Positions 49,140 through 58,907 of a stretch of DNA of 64,000 bases are shown here, piece by piece; the first letter of the stretch is position 1, and every line of letters starts with the position of its first letter. The notes below the pieces were generated by a model that made no database searches, was not told the DNA's origin, and saw only the letters and a list, made by a program, of their open reading frames with translations. Where the stretch lies: the NCBI GenBank assembly GCA_030019215.1, contig JASEEZ010000002.1:12081-76080 (forward strand). The letters run 5' to 3'. The DNA comes from Actinomycetota bacterium. GTDB lineage: Bacteria; Actinomycetota; Aquicultoria; Subteraquimicrobiales; UBA9087. The translations under genes were made by a program, and so were the position numbers.

Positions 49140-49475
49140 ATGGAAGAACAAAAGGCAAAGAGCAGCACCGGGTTGCAACCGAATGTGGGCGGTCTCCTCT
49201 GTTACTTGGCTGGATGGATCACCGGCTTGATTTTTTTTCTAATCGAGAAGGAAGACAAATTCATCCGCTTTCACGCCATGCAATCGATCATTACCTTCGC
49301 CAGCTTGAATGTGCTTTCGCTCGTCGTGGGAGTGATTCCCGTCATAGGCTGGATTATCGCCTTACTCATCTGGCCACTCAGCCTCGTCCTCTGGATACTG
49401 CTGATGATCAAGGCCTATCAGGGAGAAAGATTCAAGCTTCCAGTCGTGGGAGACCTAGCCGAGAAGTACATTTAA
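49140..49475 (+). CDS. DUF4870-family small membrane protein
   Basis: A 111-aa ORF with three TM segments and the motif GLLCYLAGWITGLIFFLIEKEDKFIRFHAMQS. Confidence 0.7.
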   Translation: MEEQKAKSSTGLQPNVGGLLCYLAGWITGLIFFLIEKEDKFIRFHAMQSIITFASLNVLSLVVGVIPVIGWIIALLIWPLSLVLWILLMIKAYQGERFKLPVVGDLAEKYI

Positions 49476-49562
49476 GGTTCAAGGCACGACCAAAAACGCT
49501 CTCGGGTGTTCAAAAATGCCCGGGCTTTATGGTCAGTGGATAGAGTTATCTGCGCGCCTCAT

Positions 49563-50204
49563 CTAAAGCTTTCTTAAAAGGGCGATGGCCTTACCTAAAA
49601 TCATTACGTCCTTTGTCAAGATGGGCTCCATGGCTGGGTTTTCCGGCTGAAGTCTGAAGAGATCTTTTCCCTTAAAAAATCTCTTCACAGTAGCCTCTTC
49701 CTCGCCGACGAGAGCGACTATAATATCCCCATCGTTGGCGAAGGTTTGTTGTCTGAATACGAGGTAATCCCCTTCGTAGATTCCCGCCCCGATCATGCTA
49801 TCTCCCTTAACTCTGAGGATAAAGGTATTCTCTTCTGCCAGCTCGGCGGGAAGAGGAAGGGTATCCTCGATGTTTTCTTGGGCCAAGATGGGCATTCCTG
49901 CAGCAATTCTCCCAACAACGGGAACGCTTCTTATCCTCTCGGGTGGCAACCCAATCTCTGTCTCTCGAAAATCCAGCACCTCCAACGCTCTGGGTTTGGT
50001 GGGATCACGACGAAGATAACCCTTTTTCTCCAGGGTGGTAAGATGACTGTGGACGGTCGAGCTAGACGATAAATTCAGAGCCTTACCGATCTCCCTCACC
50101 GAAGGGGGATAGCCTTTCCGGTGAATCTCGCTCAAGATGAAATCCAGTATCTGCCGTTGTCTTTTAGTCAAAGGTGGCTTCTGAACTGCAAAGCGTTTAG
50201 CCAA
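49563..50204 (-). CDS. lexA: LexA repressor
   Basis: Winged HTH, the Ala-Gly cleavage-site region ([12 protein letters not shown]) and S24 peptidase Ser/Lys ([11 protein letters not shown]...VKRF). The TTG start at 50204 has RBS GGAGG 5 nt upstream; the ORF track start at 50228 has none. Confidence 0.85.
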   Translation of the reverse strand: MAKRFAVQKPPLTKRQRQILDFILSEIHRKGYPPSVREIGKALNLSSSSTVHSHLTTLEKKGYLRRDPTKPRALEVLDFRETEIGLPPERIRSVPVVGRIAAGMPILAQENIEDTLPLPAELAEENTFILRVKGDSMIGAGIYEGDYLVFRQQTFANDGDIIVALVGEEEATVKRFFKGKDLFRLQPENPAMEPILTKDVMILGKAIALLRKL

Positions 50205-50307
50205 GATGACCTCCTCTCTCAAAGACACAAAAAGTGAGTCCTCGCTGAACTTGCATCAATTATAGCACGTATGTTTGTGTTGTTAAACACCAGTTCGATT
50301 TTTTTCT

Positions 50308-50336
50308 TGACGCAAACGTTTGTTCGCATTAAAATA
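50308..50336 (+). promoter_or_regulatory. Sigma-A type promoter (-35 TTGACG, 17-bp spacer, -10 TAAAAT) with a Cheo-like LexA box CGAACAAACGTTTG (50314-50327) in the spacer, between divergent lexA and nrdR
   Basis: Read directly. The architecture is the same as the recA promoter at 33250-33278. Confidence 0.6.
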
Positions 50337-50380
50337 GTCTTAAAAATACTTTTAAATTTCTTTAAAAAATTTCTTTACTT

Positions 50381-50428
50381 ACAACATATTGAGTGTTATA
50401 CTTTTATCATCCACAACATATTGTGGAT
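50381..50428 (+). promoter_or_regulatory. Two NrdR-box-like palindromes, acaacatattgagtgt (50381-50396) and acaacatattgtggat (50413-50428), in phase 32 bp apart upstream of nrdR-nrdD
   Basis: They match the published NrdR-box consensus acaCwAtATaTwGtgt and the typical tandem spacing of about 31-32 bp. Confidence 0.6.
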
Positions 50429-50456
50429 AACCTTGTGGAAAACGAGGGGAAAACCC

Positions 50457-50903
50457 GTGAAATGTCCCTTCTGTGGATATGAAGAAACCAAGGTGGTGGA
50501 CTCGAGGGCTACCGAGGCCCAGGATGCAGTGCGTCGCCGGCGGGAGTGCCTGAAATGTACTCAGCGATTCACCACCTTTGAGCGTGTAGAGGAGATCCCG
50601 CTCACGGTGATTAAGAAGAGCGGTGAACGCGAGCCCTTTGACAGGGCAAAACTCCTGGCTGGTATCTTGAGGGCAACGGTCAAAAGACACATCCCCGCCG
50701 CCGAGCTAGAAAAGATTGTCTCAGATATTGAAACCGAGCTCAGAAACCAGTTTAAATACGAAGTCTCCTCAAAGGAACTGGGAGAAATGGTCCTCAAAAG
50801 GCTAAAACAAATGGATAAAGTCGCCTATATTCGCTTCGCCTCGGTTTACCGAGAATTCAAGGACCTGGATGAGTTCACCCGCGAGCTTTCCGGACTCAAG
50901 TGA
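50457..50903 (+). CDS. nrdR: Transcriptional repressor NrdR (zinc ribbon plus ATP-cone)
   Basis: GTG start giving MKCPFCGYEETKVVDSRATE...RRRECLKCTQRFTTFE. RBS GAGGGGA. The ORF track start at 50271 is a spurious 5' extension. Confidence 0.85.
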   Translation: MKCPFCGYEETKVVDSRATEAQDAVRRRRECLKCTQRFTTFERVEEIPLTVIKKSGEREPFDRAKLLAGILRATVKRHIPAAELEKIVSDIETELRNQFKYEVSSKELGEMVLKRLKQMDKVAYIRFASVYREFKDLDEFTRELSGLK

Positions 50904-50915
50904 AAGGAGGGTAAG

Positions 50916-53102
50916 GTGACCAAAAGAGTTATCAATGTAATCAAAAGAGGTCCCGAGAGAGGTGATGACACTACTGACATCGCTCTCCTGGTAAGCACCT
51001 CCTCCAAATCGGAGATAAATATCTGGGACAAGTCCAAGATCACCGACTCCCTGATCAAGGAAACGGGCGCCAGCGGTGAGCTGGCTCAAGACATAGCTGA
51101 CGCGGTGGAGAGAAAGATCTTCGAGAGCAATTTCGGGACGATCACCACCAGTATAATTCGAGAACTCATCGACATTGAGCTCATTGAACGAGGCTTGAGT
51201 ATGATACACAAGAAACACTCCCACATTGGTCTACCCATTTACGATGTGGAACAAATCATACTCAGCGCCAACAAGGAGAACAGCAACACCACCCACAATC
51301 CGGAATCCATCAATCTGACCATAGCCGAGACCATTCTTAAAGAATACGCCCTGAGAAAGATCTTTAGCGAAGACGTCGCTCTGGCCCACCTGATGGGTGA
51401 CATTCATCTCCATGATCTGGGCTTTTGCGTTAGACCTTACTGTGGAGGACACTCCCTCGAATATATCAAGAAATATGGTCTGGCCTTGCCCAATATAACC
51501 AGCACCTCCAGACCGGCCAAACACGCTGAGGTCCTCATCGGACACATGGTTAAGATGGCCTCCAGTCTGCAGGCACACTATGCCGGCGCCATCGGCTGGG
51601 AGGCAGTGAATATGTTCTTCGCACCCCATTTAGTTGGGCGTCCTTATGAAGAGATAAAACAACTGGCTCAGATGTTGATATATGAATTCAACCAATTGGC
51701 TGGTGCTCGTGGATCGCAAGTGGTGTTCACTGACTTCAACCTGTACTGGAACATCCCCAAACACTTTCGGGACACTCCAGCCATCGGCCCCGGCGGCGAA
51801 TACACCGGAAAGACCTATAAGGAGTACGAGAAAGAAGCCCAGGCTTTCCTCAGAGCGATGTTCGAAATCTATCTGGAAGGGGATGCTATGGGCAAGACTT
51901 TTGTCTTCCCTAAGCCCCTATTACACATAAACGAGGATTTCTTCAATACTCCAGGCTGGGAAGAGTTCATGGACCTCGCCTGCGAGGTCGCCAGCAAACA
52001 GGGGATAACCTATTTTGTCTTTGACAGGGGAGATGAAACCACAGTATCCCAATGCTGCCGCCTGAAGCTCAGACTCGGGGAGAGAGACCTTGGGGAGACC
52101 AAAACACCAGAGAAGATGCGCTTCTCGGCACTTCAGAACATCACCATAAACCTCCCACGCATGGCCTATAAAGCACAGGGCAATGACGAGTTGCTCTTCG
52201 CCGAACTCAACAGGGCCCTTGAGCTCGTGGCCAAGGCGCACCTTCAAAAAAAGAAGTTCATAGCTAGCCTCATGGAACTGGGCAAGGATGGGCCGCTGGC
52301 TCTACTCAGCGCCTCCAAGGATGGTGAACCTTACCTTCATCTCGACAGATTGACCTACCTCGCCGGCATCCTGGGACTGAACGAGATGATCCAGGCCCAC
52401 ACCGGCCAGCAGCTTCACGAATCGGACGAGGCCCTAAAGTTTGGATTGAAGGTAATATCCCACATGAACATAAAATGCAAGCAGCTCTCCGACCTTTACG
52501 GAATCAAGCTGGTCTTGGAGGAATCCCCAGCGGAATCCAGCGGATATCGGCTGGCCAAGTTGGATACGAAATACTTCCCCGAGCAAACCAAGAAGGTTAT
52601 CAAAGGGAATGTGGAAACTGGCGAGTATTACTACACCAATTCCATTCATCTGACCGTGAATGCACCCATCGACTACATAGAGAGGGTACAAAAGCAGAGC
52701 CTCTTTCATCCATTGATCGAGGCCGGGGCCATTTGCCACATCTGGTTGGGAGAGCACGAGCCATCACCTCAATCGATTAAAAACTTTACCATCAAAACCT
52801 TCAAGAACACTCGCTGCGCTCAAGTGGCCTTCAGCCCGGAGTTTACCGTCTGCAACGAGTGCCAAAGGACATCGAGAGGACTGGCGGAGGCCTGCCCACT
52901 CTGTGGCTCGGAAGACGCTTACGGGGTTACTCGCATCGTTGGTTATTTCTCTAAGGTTCCCACCTGGAATAAAGGGAAAATCGGGGAACTGAAGGATAGA
53001 ATGAGAACCGATCTGGAGGGAAGGAACGGTGAAAGCGAAACTGTTCGTGCGGGAAAACTGTCCCAAATGTCCCGCGGCCAAAGCGCTTGCGTCTCAGGCT
53101 GA
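50916..53102 (+). CDS. nrdD: Anaerobic ribonucleoside-triphosphate reductase (class III RNR)
   Basis: An N-terminal ATP-cone, the C-terminal Zn ribbon CNECQ...CPLCGS, and the glycyl radical motif TRIVGYFS. Confidence 0.9.
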   Translation: MTKRVINVIKRGPERGDDTTDIALLVSTSSKSEINIWDKSKITDSLIKETGASGELAQDIADAVERKIFESNFGTITTSIIRELIDIELIERGLSMIHKKHSHIGLPIYDVEQIILSANKENSNTTHNPESINLTIAETILKEYALRKIFSEDVALAHLMGDIHLHDLGFCVRPYCGGHSLEYIKKYGLALPNITSTSRPAKHAEVLIGHMVKMASSLQAHYAGAIGWEAVNMFFAPHLVGRPYEEIKQLAQMLIYEFNQLAGARGSQVVFTDFNLYWNIPKHFRDTPAIGPGGEYTGKTYKEYEKEAQAFLRAMFEIYLEGDAMGKTFVFPKPLLHINEDFFNTPGWEEFMDLACEVASKQGITYFVFDRGDETTVSQCCRLKLRLGERDLGETKTPEKMRFSALQNITINLPRMAYKAQGNDELLFAELNRALELVAKAHLQKKKFIASLMELGKDGPLALLSASKDGEPYLHLDRLTYLAGILGLNEMIQAHTGQQLHESDEALKFGLKVISHMNIKCKQLSDLYGIKLVLEESPAESSGYRLAKLDTKYFPEQTKKVIKGNVETGEYYYTNSIHLTVNAPIDYIERVQKQSLFHPLIEAGAICHIWLGEHEPSPQSIKNFTIKTFKNTRCAQVAFSPEFTVCNECQRTSRGLAEACPLCGSEDAYGVTRIVGYFSKVPTWNKGKIGELKDRMRTDLEGRNGESETVRAGKLSQMSRGQSACVSG

Positions 53103-53271
53103 AAACGTTGAACACTACGATGTCGATAACGTGGATGGACTAGCGGAAGCTTCATTTTACGGGGTCATGTCCACTCCTTCTATCGTAATAGTGGACGATC
53201 AAGATAAAGAGGTTATCTCCTGGCGCGGGGAGGTTCCCTCCCGGGAGGATCTAGCAAAATGGCTTCATTGA
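53029..53271 (+). CDS. Glutaredoxin-like / thioredoxin-fold protein (CPKC active site; YruB/NrdH-like)
   Basis: GTG start with RBS GGAGGG 8 nt upstream. An 80-aa ORF with CPKCP near the N-terminus. It overlaps the 3' end of the annotated nrdD ORF by 74 nt. Confidence 0.65.
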   Translation: MKAKLFVRENCPKCPAAKALASQAENVEHYDVDNVDGLAEASFYGVMSTPSIVIVDDQDKEVISWRGEVPSREDLAKWLH

Positions 53272-53972
53272 ATGGCGGTTTTCACATCAAGGGCATGACC
53301 CCTATCTCCATGCTGGACTGGGAGGGGAAATTAGCAACCGTCCTCTTTTTGGGAGGATGTAATCTCAGTTGTCCCTTTTGCCAAAACCCCGAACTGGTCC
53401 TGCAAGCGGGGGACATACCGGATATTCCTCTAGAAGACGTGGAAAAATATCTTAAGGAAAAACATTCTTGGATCGATGGGTGTGTGATCACTGGCGGAGA
53501 GCCTACCATAAACCATGGACTGGAGTTTTTACTATCCAGAATCAAAAACAGTGGGTATCCAATTAAGTTGGATACTAATGGGACCCGGCCTCGGGTTCTC
53601 CGCCAGTTGATCGAAAAAGAACTGGTAGACCACATCGCCATGGATGTAAAAACCAGTTTCGACAACTACAAATTAGCCACGGGAAACCGGGTAAGCGCGG
53701 AAGACGTGGAAGAGAGTACAGAGTTGTTGGTGAAATCAGGCATCGAGGTAGAATTCCGAACCACGGTGGTTCCGGGGTACGCAAAAAGAGAGGACATCCT
53801 CTGGATCGCCCGTTACCTTGCCAGACTGAATGCCTCACGATACACTCTCCAACAATTCAAGCCGGATCGCGTTCTGGATCCAACTATAGAGCGAATAAAA
53901 CCCTACCCTCGGGGTTTCCTTCTGAGTTTGGTCGAGGAGTGTAATGAGTTTCTGCCGACCAAAATCAGGTGA
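53259..53972 (+). CDS. nrdG: Anaerobic ribonucleoside-triphosphate reductase activating protein (radical SAM)
   Basis: Motif CNLSCPFCQN, in a 237-aa product. Confidence 0.85.
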   Translation: MASLNGGFHIKGMTPISMLDWEGKLATVLFLGGCNLSCPFCQNPELVLQAGDIPDIPLEDVEKYLKEKHSWIDGCVITGGEPTINHGLEFLLSRIKNSGYPIKLDTNGTRPRVLRQLIEKELVDHIAMDVKTSFDNYKLATGNRVSAEDVEESTELLVKSGIEVEFRTTVVPGYAKREDILWIARYLARLNASRYTLQQFKPDRVLDPTIERIKPYPRGFLLSLVEECNEFLPTKIR

Positions 53973-54186
53973 AAATAAAGCAGGCCAAATCGAGGAAACC
54001 TCCACCCCCCTTAAAACTCAAACCCCCCTGGAACCCATCGAGGAAGCAAAAGAGGCCGCCGAGAAAGAAAGTCAACGAATTAGAGAGCAGCAAAAAGTGA
54101 TCGAGGAACTCGATCGGCCCTAGATTTCAAAAAGGATTTGCCTCCACCTTTGAAGAAATAATCAAAGGGATTTAAGTGAGGGAAAA

Positions 54187-55035
54187 ATGAAGGTCAGAGA
54201 ACCAGCGGTTGCCGGCAGTTTTTACTCGGGCAGCCCACGTGGATTGCGGGAACAGATAAGAGAATGCTTCTTGGGCCATCTGGGTCCAGGGGTTCTTCCC
54301 AAAGTTACCCCGGAAGGGGAGGGCAGAATCATTGGACTGGTAAGCCCTCATGCGGGGTATATGTATTCCGGGCCAGTGGCCACCCACGGATTTTACCACC
54401 TGGCTCTCGATCAGATCCCAAAATCGATAGTGCTCCTGGGCCCGAATCACACCGGCCTTGGCGCCTCCGTAGCCATGGTCGCAAAAGGAAGTTGGAAAAC
54501 ACCCCTGGGTGTTATCGATATCGATGCCGAACTTGCTCGCAAAATCGGAGAGGAATCAGACATAATTGAAGAGGATGAAGATGCTCACATCATGGAACAT
54601 TCCATCGAAGTTCAATTGCCCTTTCTCCAATTTGTTTATAAGACGGATTTCAAGTTCGTGCCCATCTGCATGCGCCATCAATCTTTCAAAGAGAGCTTCG
54701 AGCTGGGAGAAGCCCTGGCCAAGGTCCTGGTGGACAAACAGGCGGTAATCATCGCAACCACCGACTTCACCCACTATGAGACCCAAGCTCAGGCTGAATA
54801 CAAGGACAAACGAGCCCTAGAAGCAATCCTTGGTTTGGATCCTAAAGGGTTGGAGGATGCCGTGAGAAAACTGGGGATCAGTATGTGCGGGCCTGGTCCA
54901 GTAATGGCCATGCTCATCGCCGCCAAGGAGTTGAATGCCGTAGAGGCAAAACTCCTCTCCTATCAAACCTCAGGTGATATAACCGGGGATTATGAAGCGG
55001 TGGTCGGCTACGCCTCGGTGAAAGTAAGTAAGTGA
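54187..55035 (+). CDS. MEMO1-family protein (AmmeMemoRadiSam system protein B-like)
   Basis: Motifs PAVAGSFY and LVSPHAGYMYSGPVA, in a 282-aa product. Confidence 0.8.
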   Translation: MKVREPAVAGSFYSGSPRGLREQIRECFLGHLGPGVLPKVTPEGEGRIIGLVSPHAGYMYSGPVATHGFYHLALDQIPKSIVLLGPNHTGLGASVAMVAKGSWKTPLGVIDIDAELARKIGEESDIIEEDEDAHIMEHSIEVQLPFLQFVYKTDFKFVPICMRHQSFKESFELGEALAKVLVDKQAVIIATTDFTHYETQAQAEYKDKRALEAILGLDPKGLEDAVRKLGISMCGPGPVMAMLIAAKELNAVEAKLLSYQTSGDITGDYEAVVGYASVKVSK

Positions 55036-55116
55036 GAGAGAAACATTTTTGGTCGATGATCGATGAACGATAGCCCGGTGAATGTGAGTGGGTAAGAAAG
55101 AGAGCAGGAGGAGAAG

Positions 55117-55548
55117 ATGCGAATTAAACTGAAGCAATTGGACAAAGAGCTACCCACCCCTAGGCCTGTCCATGATGGAGATGCTGGGGTCGATCTCTTC
55201 AGTAGAATCGACACAACACTCAAACCAGGTGAACGAGCCCTGGTGCCGACGGGAATCGCCATTGCGATCCCGCATGGATATGCCGGGTTCGTTCAGCCTC
55301 GCTCCGGACTGGCCTTAAATCACGGGATAAGCATTGTGAACACCCCGGGTTTGATCGACAGCGAATACCGCGGCGAGGTCGGCGTTATTCTGATAAACCT
55401 CAACAGGGAAAAAGATTTTGAGGTGAGGCGAGGGGATAAGATAGCTCAGCTGGTAATTCAGAGGATTGAAACCATAGATTTTGAAACGGTCGATGAGCTC
55501 GATAATACCCGACGGGGGAGTGGGGGATTCGGTAGCTCGGGGAGATGA
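55117..55548 (+). CDS. dut: dUTP diphosphatase
   Basis: dUTPase motifs [20 protein letters not shown] and [10 protein letters not shown]. Confidence 0.9.
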   Translation: MRIKLKQLDKELPTPRPVHDGDAGVDLFSRIDTTLKPGERALVPTGIAIAIPHGYAGFVQPRSGLALNHGISIVNTPGLIDSEYRGEVGVILINLNREKDFEVRRGDKIAQLVIQRIETIDFETVDELDNTRRGSGGFGSSGR

Positions 55549-55566
55549 TCAGGGGAGACAGCACTC

Positions 55567-57273
55567 ATGAAGGATCTTATCCAGGTGGCCCGGGGAGAGA
55601 AAAAAGCGGATCTCCTCTTGAAGAATGCGCGAATCGTCAATGTCTTCACGGGAACCATAAGTTCAGGAAATGTATCGATCTACAATGGAAGAATTGCTGG
55701 CATCGGGGACTACGAAGCCAAGAGGGAGATCGACCTCAAAGAATCCTATCTGACTCCGGGTTTTATCGATAGCCACGTTCACATCGAGTCCTCGATGGTT
55801 TCCCCCGAGGAGTTCGCCTCCATTGTGATCGAGCACGGTACAACCACAGTCGTCGCCGACCCACATGAGATCGCCAATGTCGCCGGGAAAGCTGGAATCA
55901 CCTACATGCTAGAGGCATCAAAGAATCTTCCTGTCTCCATCTATTTCATGTTGCCCTCATGTGTTCCCGCAACTCACCTTGAAACAAGCGGGGCCACCTT
56001 ATCCGCGAGCGACCTAAGGTCCCTCTCTAAAGAAAAATCCATTCTGGGTCTAGCGGAGATGATGAACTTTCCCGGGGTCTTACACTGCGACCCGATCGTA
56101 CTAGAGAAACTCGAGAGCTTCGAGAGCAAGCTCATTGATGGGCACGCCCCGGGACTCTCCGGAAAAGATCTCTGTGCCTATACGGCCGTGGGCATCTACT
56201 CCGACCACGAATCCACGACACCAGAGGAAGCCCTGGAAAAGTTGCGGCTGGGTATGTACATAATGCTCAGGGAGGGAACCGCCGCGAAGGACCTCAAAAA
56301 ACTCCTTCCCATAATCGATGATTTCACGGCTCCTCGGTGCCTTCTGTCAACAGATGACAGGCACCCAGAGGACCTCATCGAGGAAGGCGGAATTGACCTC
56401 CTATTGAGAATGGCCACGAGAGAGGGAATACACCCAATCCGAGCCATTCAGCTCGCCACTTTGAATCCGGCCAACTATTTTGGCTTGAAGGACAGGGGAG
56501 CAATCTCTCCGGGTCGAATCGCGGATTTAGTCATCCTCGATGATCTCAAAACCGTCAAGGTGAATTCGGTGTTAAAAGACGGGCAAATAGTGGTGAGGGA
56601 AGGAGAGCTGCTTCTGAAGCCGGAGAAGAAATCTGTCCCGGTAAAGATCAAGAACAGCACCAAGATCAGAGAGGTTAAGCCAGATCACTTTGAAATACCA
56701 GTTCAAGGTAGTAAGTGCCGAGTAGTAGATATCATTCCCAATGAGATAATCACCAAGCAAGCGGTGGTCTTCCCAAAAACGAAGGGGGGCAGGATCGTCT
56801 CCGATATAGAGCGAGATATCATAAAGATCGCCGTCATCGAGAGGCATAGTGGAACGGGGAACATGTTTGTCGGGCTAGTGCGCGGTTTTGGATTAAAGAG
56901 TGGGGCGCTGGCCTCAAGCGTTGCCCATGACGCCCACAACATCGTGGTAGTGGGGATCGAAGAAATGGACATGGCAATCGCCGTGAATGAACTAAGAAGA
57001 ATGGGTGGGGGTCTCATTGCCGTAAGAAATGGGGAAGTGATGTCCAGTTTGCCGCTTCCAATCGCTGGGCTGATGTCCGACCGTCCCGTCGAAGAGGTAT
57101 ACGAAAAGGTAAGGCACCTCGAGAAGATCAGTGCCGGCCTGGGGTTAAAATTAAGAGAGCCCTTTATGACGCTCTCTTTCCTCTCACTAGCGGTGATCCC
57201 AGAGCTTAAAATCACCGATAAAGGACTCGTCGATGTCCTTGAAGCAAAAATCGTCGATCTTTTCCTAAAGTAA
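55567..57273 (+). CDS. ade: Adenine deaminase
   Basis: Amidohydrolase motif PGFIDSHVHIESSM, with an adenine deaminase C-terminal domain, in a 568-aa product. Confidence 0.85.
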   Translation: MKDLIQVARGEKKADLLLKNARIVNVFTGTISSGNVSIYNGRIAGIGDYEAKREIDLKESYLTPGFIDSHVHIESSMVSPEEFASIVIEHGTTTVVADPHEIANVAGKAGITYMLEASKNLPVSIYFMLPSCVPATHLETSGATLSASDLRSLSKEKSILGLAEMMNFPGVLHCDPIVLEKLESFESKLIDGHAPGLSGKDLCAYTAVGIYSDHESTTPEEALEKLRLGMYIMLREGTAAKDLKKLLPIIDDFTAPRCLLSTDDRHPEDLIEEGGIDLLLRMATREGIHPIRAIQLATLNPANYFGLKDRGAISPGRIADLVILDDLKTVKVNSVLKDGQIVVREGELLLKPEKKSVPVKIKNSTKIREVKPDHFEIPVQGSKCRVVDIIPNEIITKQAVVFPKTKGGRIVSDIERDIIKIAVIERHSGTGNMFVGLVRGFGLKSGALASSVAHDAHNIVVVGIEEMDMAIAVNELRRMGGGLIAVRNGEVMSSLPLPIAGLMSDRPVEEVYEKVRHLEKISAGLGLKLREPFMTLSFLSLAVIPELKITDKGLVDVLEAKIVDLFLK

Positions 57274-57298
57274 AAATTAGCGAGGAGGTGTAGGGAGA

Positions 57299-57532
57299 AT
57301 GAGGCAATTTACCGATATTCGGATAGACAGCGCTCAGTTTGCTCACACCGCCAGAACAAAACAGGTTGAGCTACAAATAGCCGAGCTGATAACGGCGGTT
57401 AAACGGGCCATCAGGAAATCCAATCTTTATCGGACAATAACCTTGTTCCATTATGATCAATTCGTCATTGGGATAGAAAAAGTCATCCGCGAATGGCTGG
57501 TAAAAGAGGAAAAAGCCCGGATGAACTCTTAG
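57299..57532 (+). CDS. Hypothetical small protein (77 aa)
   Basis: RBS AGGAGG is 10 nt upstream of the ATG. I recognise no family. Confidence 0.3.
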   Translation: MRQFTDIRIDSAQFAHTARTKQVELQIAELITAVKRAIRKSNLYRTITLFHYDQFVIGIEKVIREWLVKEEKARMNS

Positions 57533-58260
57533 AAATCATAAACAACCAGACCCAAGCATCGATGAGCTCCGTGAGTACACCAAATCAACTAGAAGATCTA
57601 ACTCAAAAGATAACTGAAGAGATCTCCTACTTAAAGAAATCCGGGTTTCTCAAGATTTTATAAAACGCGCGGGAGACGAAAGCTCTCTGGCGCATAGAAA
57701 ACCATTAGGGCCTCTTAGAAAGAGGCTTAAATTGAAAATGGGAGCGTCATACAAACATAGCTTGAGCTTCTCACCGTGAAAAAGAAAGTATCCTTAAACT
57801 GGTAGTTATTTAGGAAACAAGAAAGCACGCAGAATAAAGAAAGATGCACATATGCTGGAGAAGTGAAAACACTGTGCGGAACGTAGATAATTTTACGTCC
57901 TGTGGGTCCTCTCAACTACAACCAGGCAGAATAAGTAACGTTCCATAATATCCATTATGTCAAATTAAGATGTTCCGCTGCATCTTGGCTCACTATAACT
58001 TCATTACCCCTTTAATTGCACCAGTAACTCAGCTTTCATTTCAAATGCCGCCCATCGGCTTCAGATAATGTTTCCCCTGATTTACCGCCCAGCGATCACA
58101 TCTGCTAACTTTATCTCCTTCAGTTCTTGAGAGTTTAAATGCAAAATAGAGTCACTCTCCTCGCCCTCAGCAATACCCCAAACCCAAATATGGAAAATTT
58201 TACCATTAAGACATCCTTTATTGACCACTTTATTGACATTTTTATACGGAGCAGGAATGG

Positions 58261-58656
58261 TTACGAGAGATTTTTGCAAAGGATGCTGGCGAGATCGGCT
58301 ACAGAAAGTACCCCCACTAACCTCTCATTTTCGACCACAGGAAGACGCCTCAGTTGAAGGTCCCTCATCAGCTTGGTGGCCTCCCCCATGGTGGCTTCAG
58401 GAGCAACACACACTGGCTTTGAGGTCATAAATTCCCAGACCTGCTTCCGCCTCGCAGAAAAACCATTCGCGACTACCTTCATCAAAATATCTCTATCGGT
58501 GATGACACCAACTGGGCGATCACCCTGGGTCACCAGGAGAAACCGCACTCCGCTCGATTTCATCAACCTGGCGGCATCACAAATTCTAGCAAGAGGGTCA
58601 ATGGTAACCACCTGTTTGGTCATAATATCCTTGACTTTCAATTTCATCCCTCCCAC
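58261..58656 (-). CDS. CBS-pair domain protein
   Basis: Two CBS motifs (DIMTKQVVTI...VTDRDIL and FMTSKPVCVAP...GVLSVADL). The real start is probably TTG/ATG near 58641-58647. Confidence 0.7.
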   Translation of the reverse strand: MGGMKLKVKDIMTKQVVTIDPLARICDAARLMKSSGVRFLLVTQGDRPVGVITDRDILMKVVANGFSARRKQVWEFMTSKPVCVAPEATMGEATKLMRDLQLRRLPVVENERLVGVLSVADLASILCKNLS

Positions 58657-58907
58657 TCTCTATAATCGGCACTCACAAAAAATACTTAACCCAAAATATT
58701 TTTAAAATTTTTTGAACGTTTTCTTGACAGAATTGGCGAGCAATGCTAACTTAAAGATGTCCCAAGAGGTCCTACGAGGTAACTCGGAAAGCAAATGTAC
58801 CAGTAGCGGCCCGGGGAGTGGAACTCGAAATAGTCAGTCGTGAGACTAGCTAGATTAGAGAACTACTTGAAGGGTACGAAATGGGAAGTTTGTAAGTACG
58901 GGGTGAC

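Noticed and set aside
50271-50456. ORF track start of the 210-aa protein MFVLLNTSS...
   Set aside because: The N-terminal 62 aa are low-complexity and span the promoter, LexA box and NrdR boxes. The real NrdR begins at GTG 50457 (MKCPFCG) with its own RBS.
53944-54123. 59-aa ORF (MSFCRPKSGENKAGQIEETSTPLKTQ...) overlapping the nrdG 3' end
   Set aside because: It is below the ORF track threshold, has a low-complexity acidic product, no RBS, and overlaps the nrdG stop region.
58657-58907. Possible ncRNA or riboswitch upstream of the CBS-domain gene (contains TTGACA-17-TAACTT on + strand)
   Set aside because: I have no recognisable conserved core. The -10 is weak. It could equally be promoter space for the minus-strand operon.
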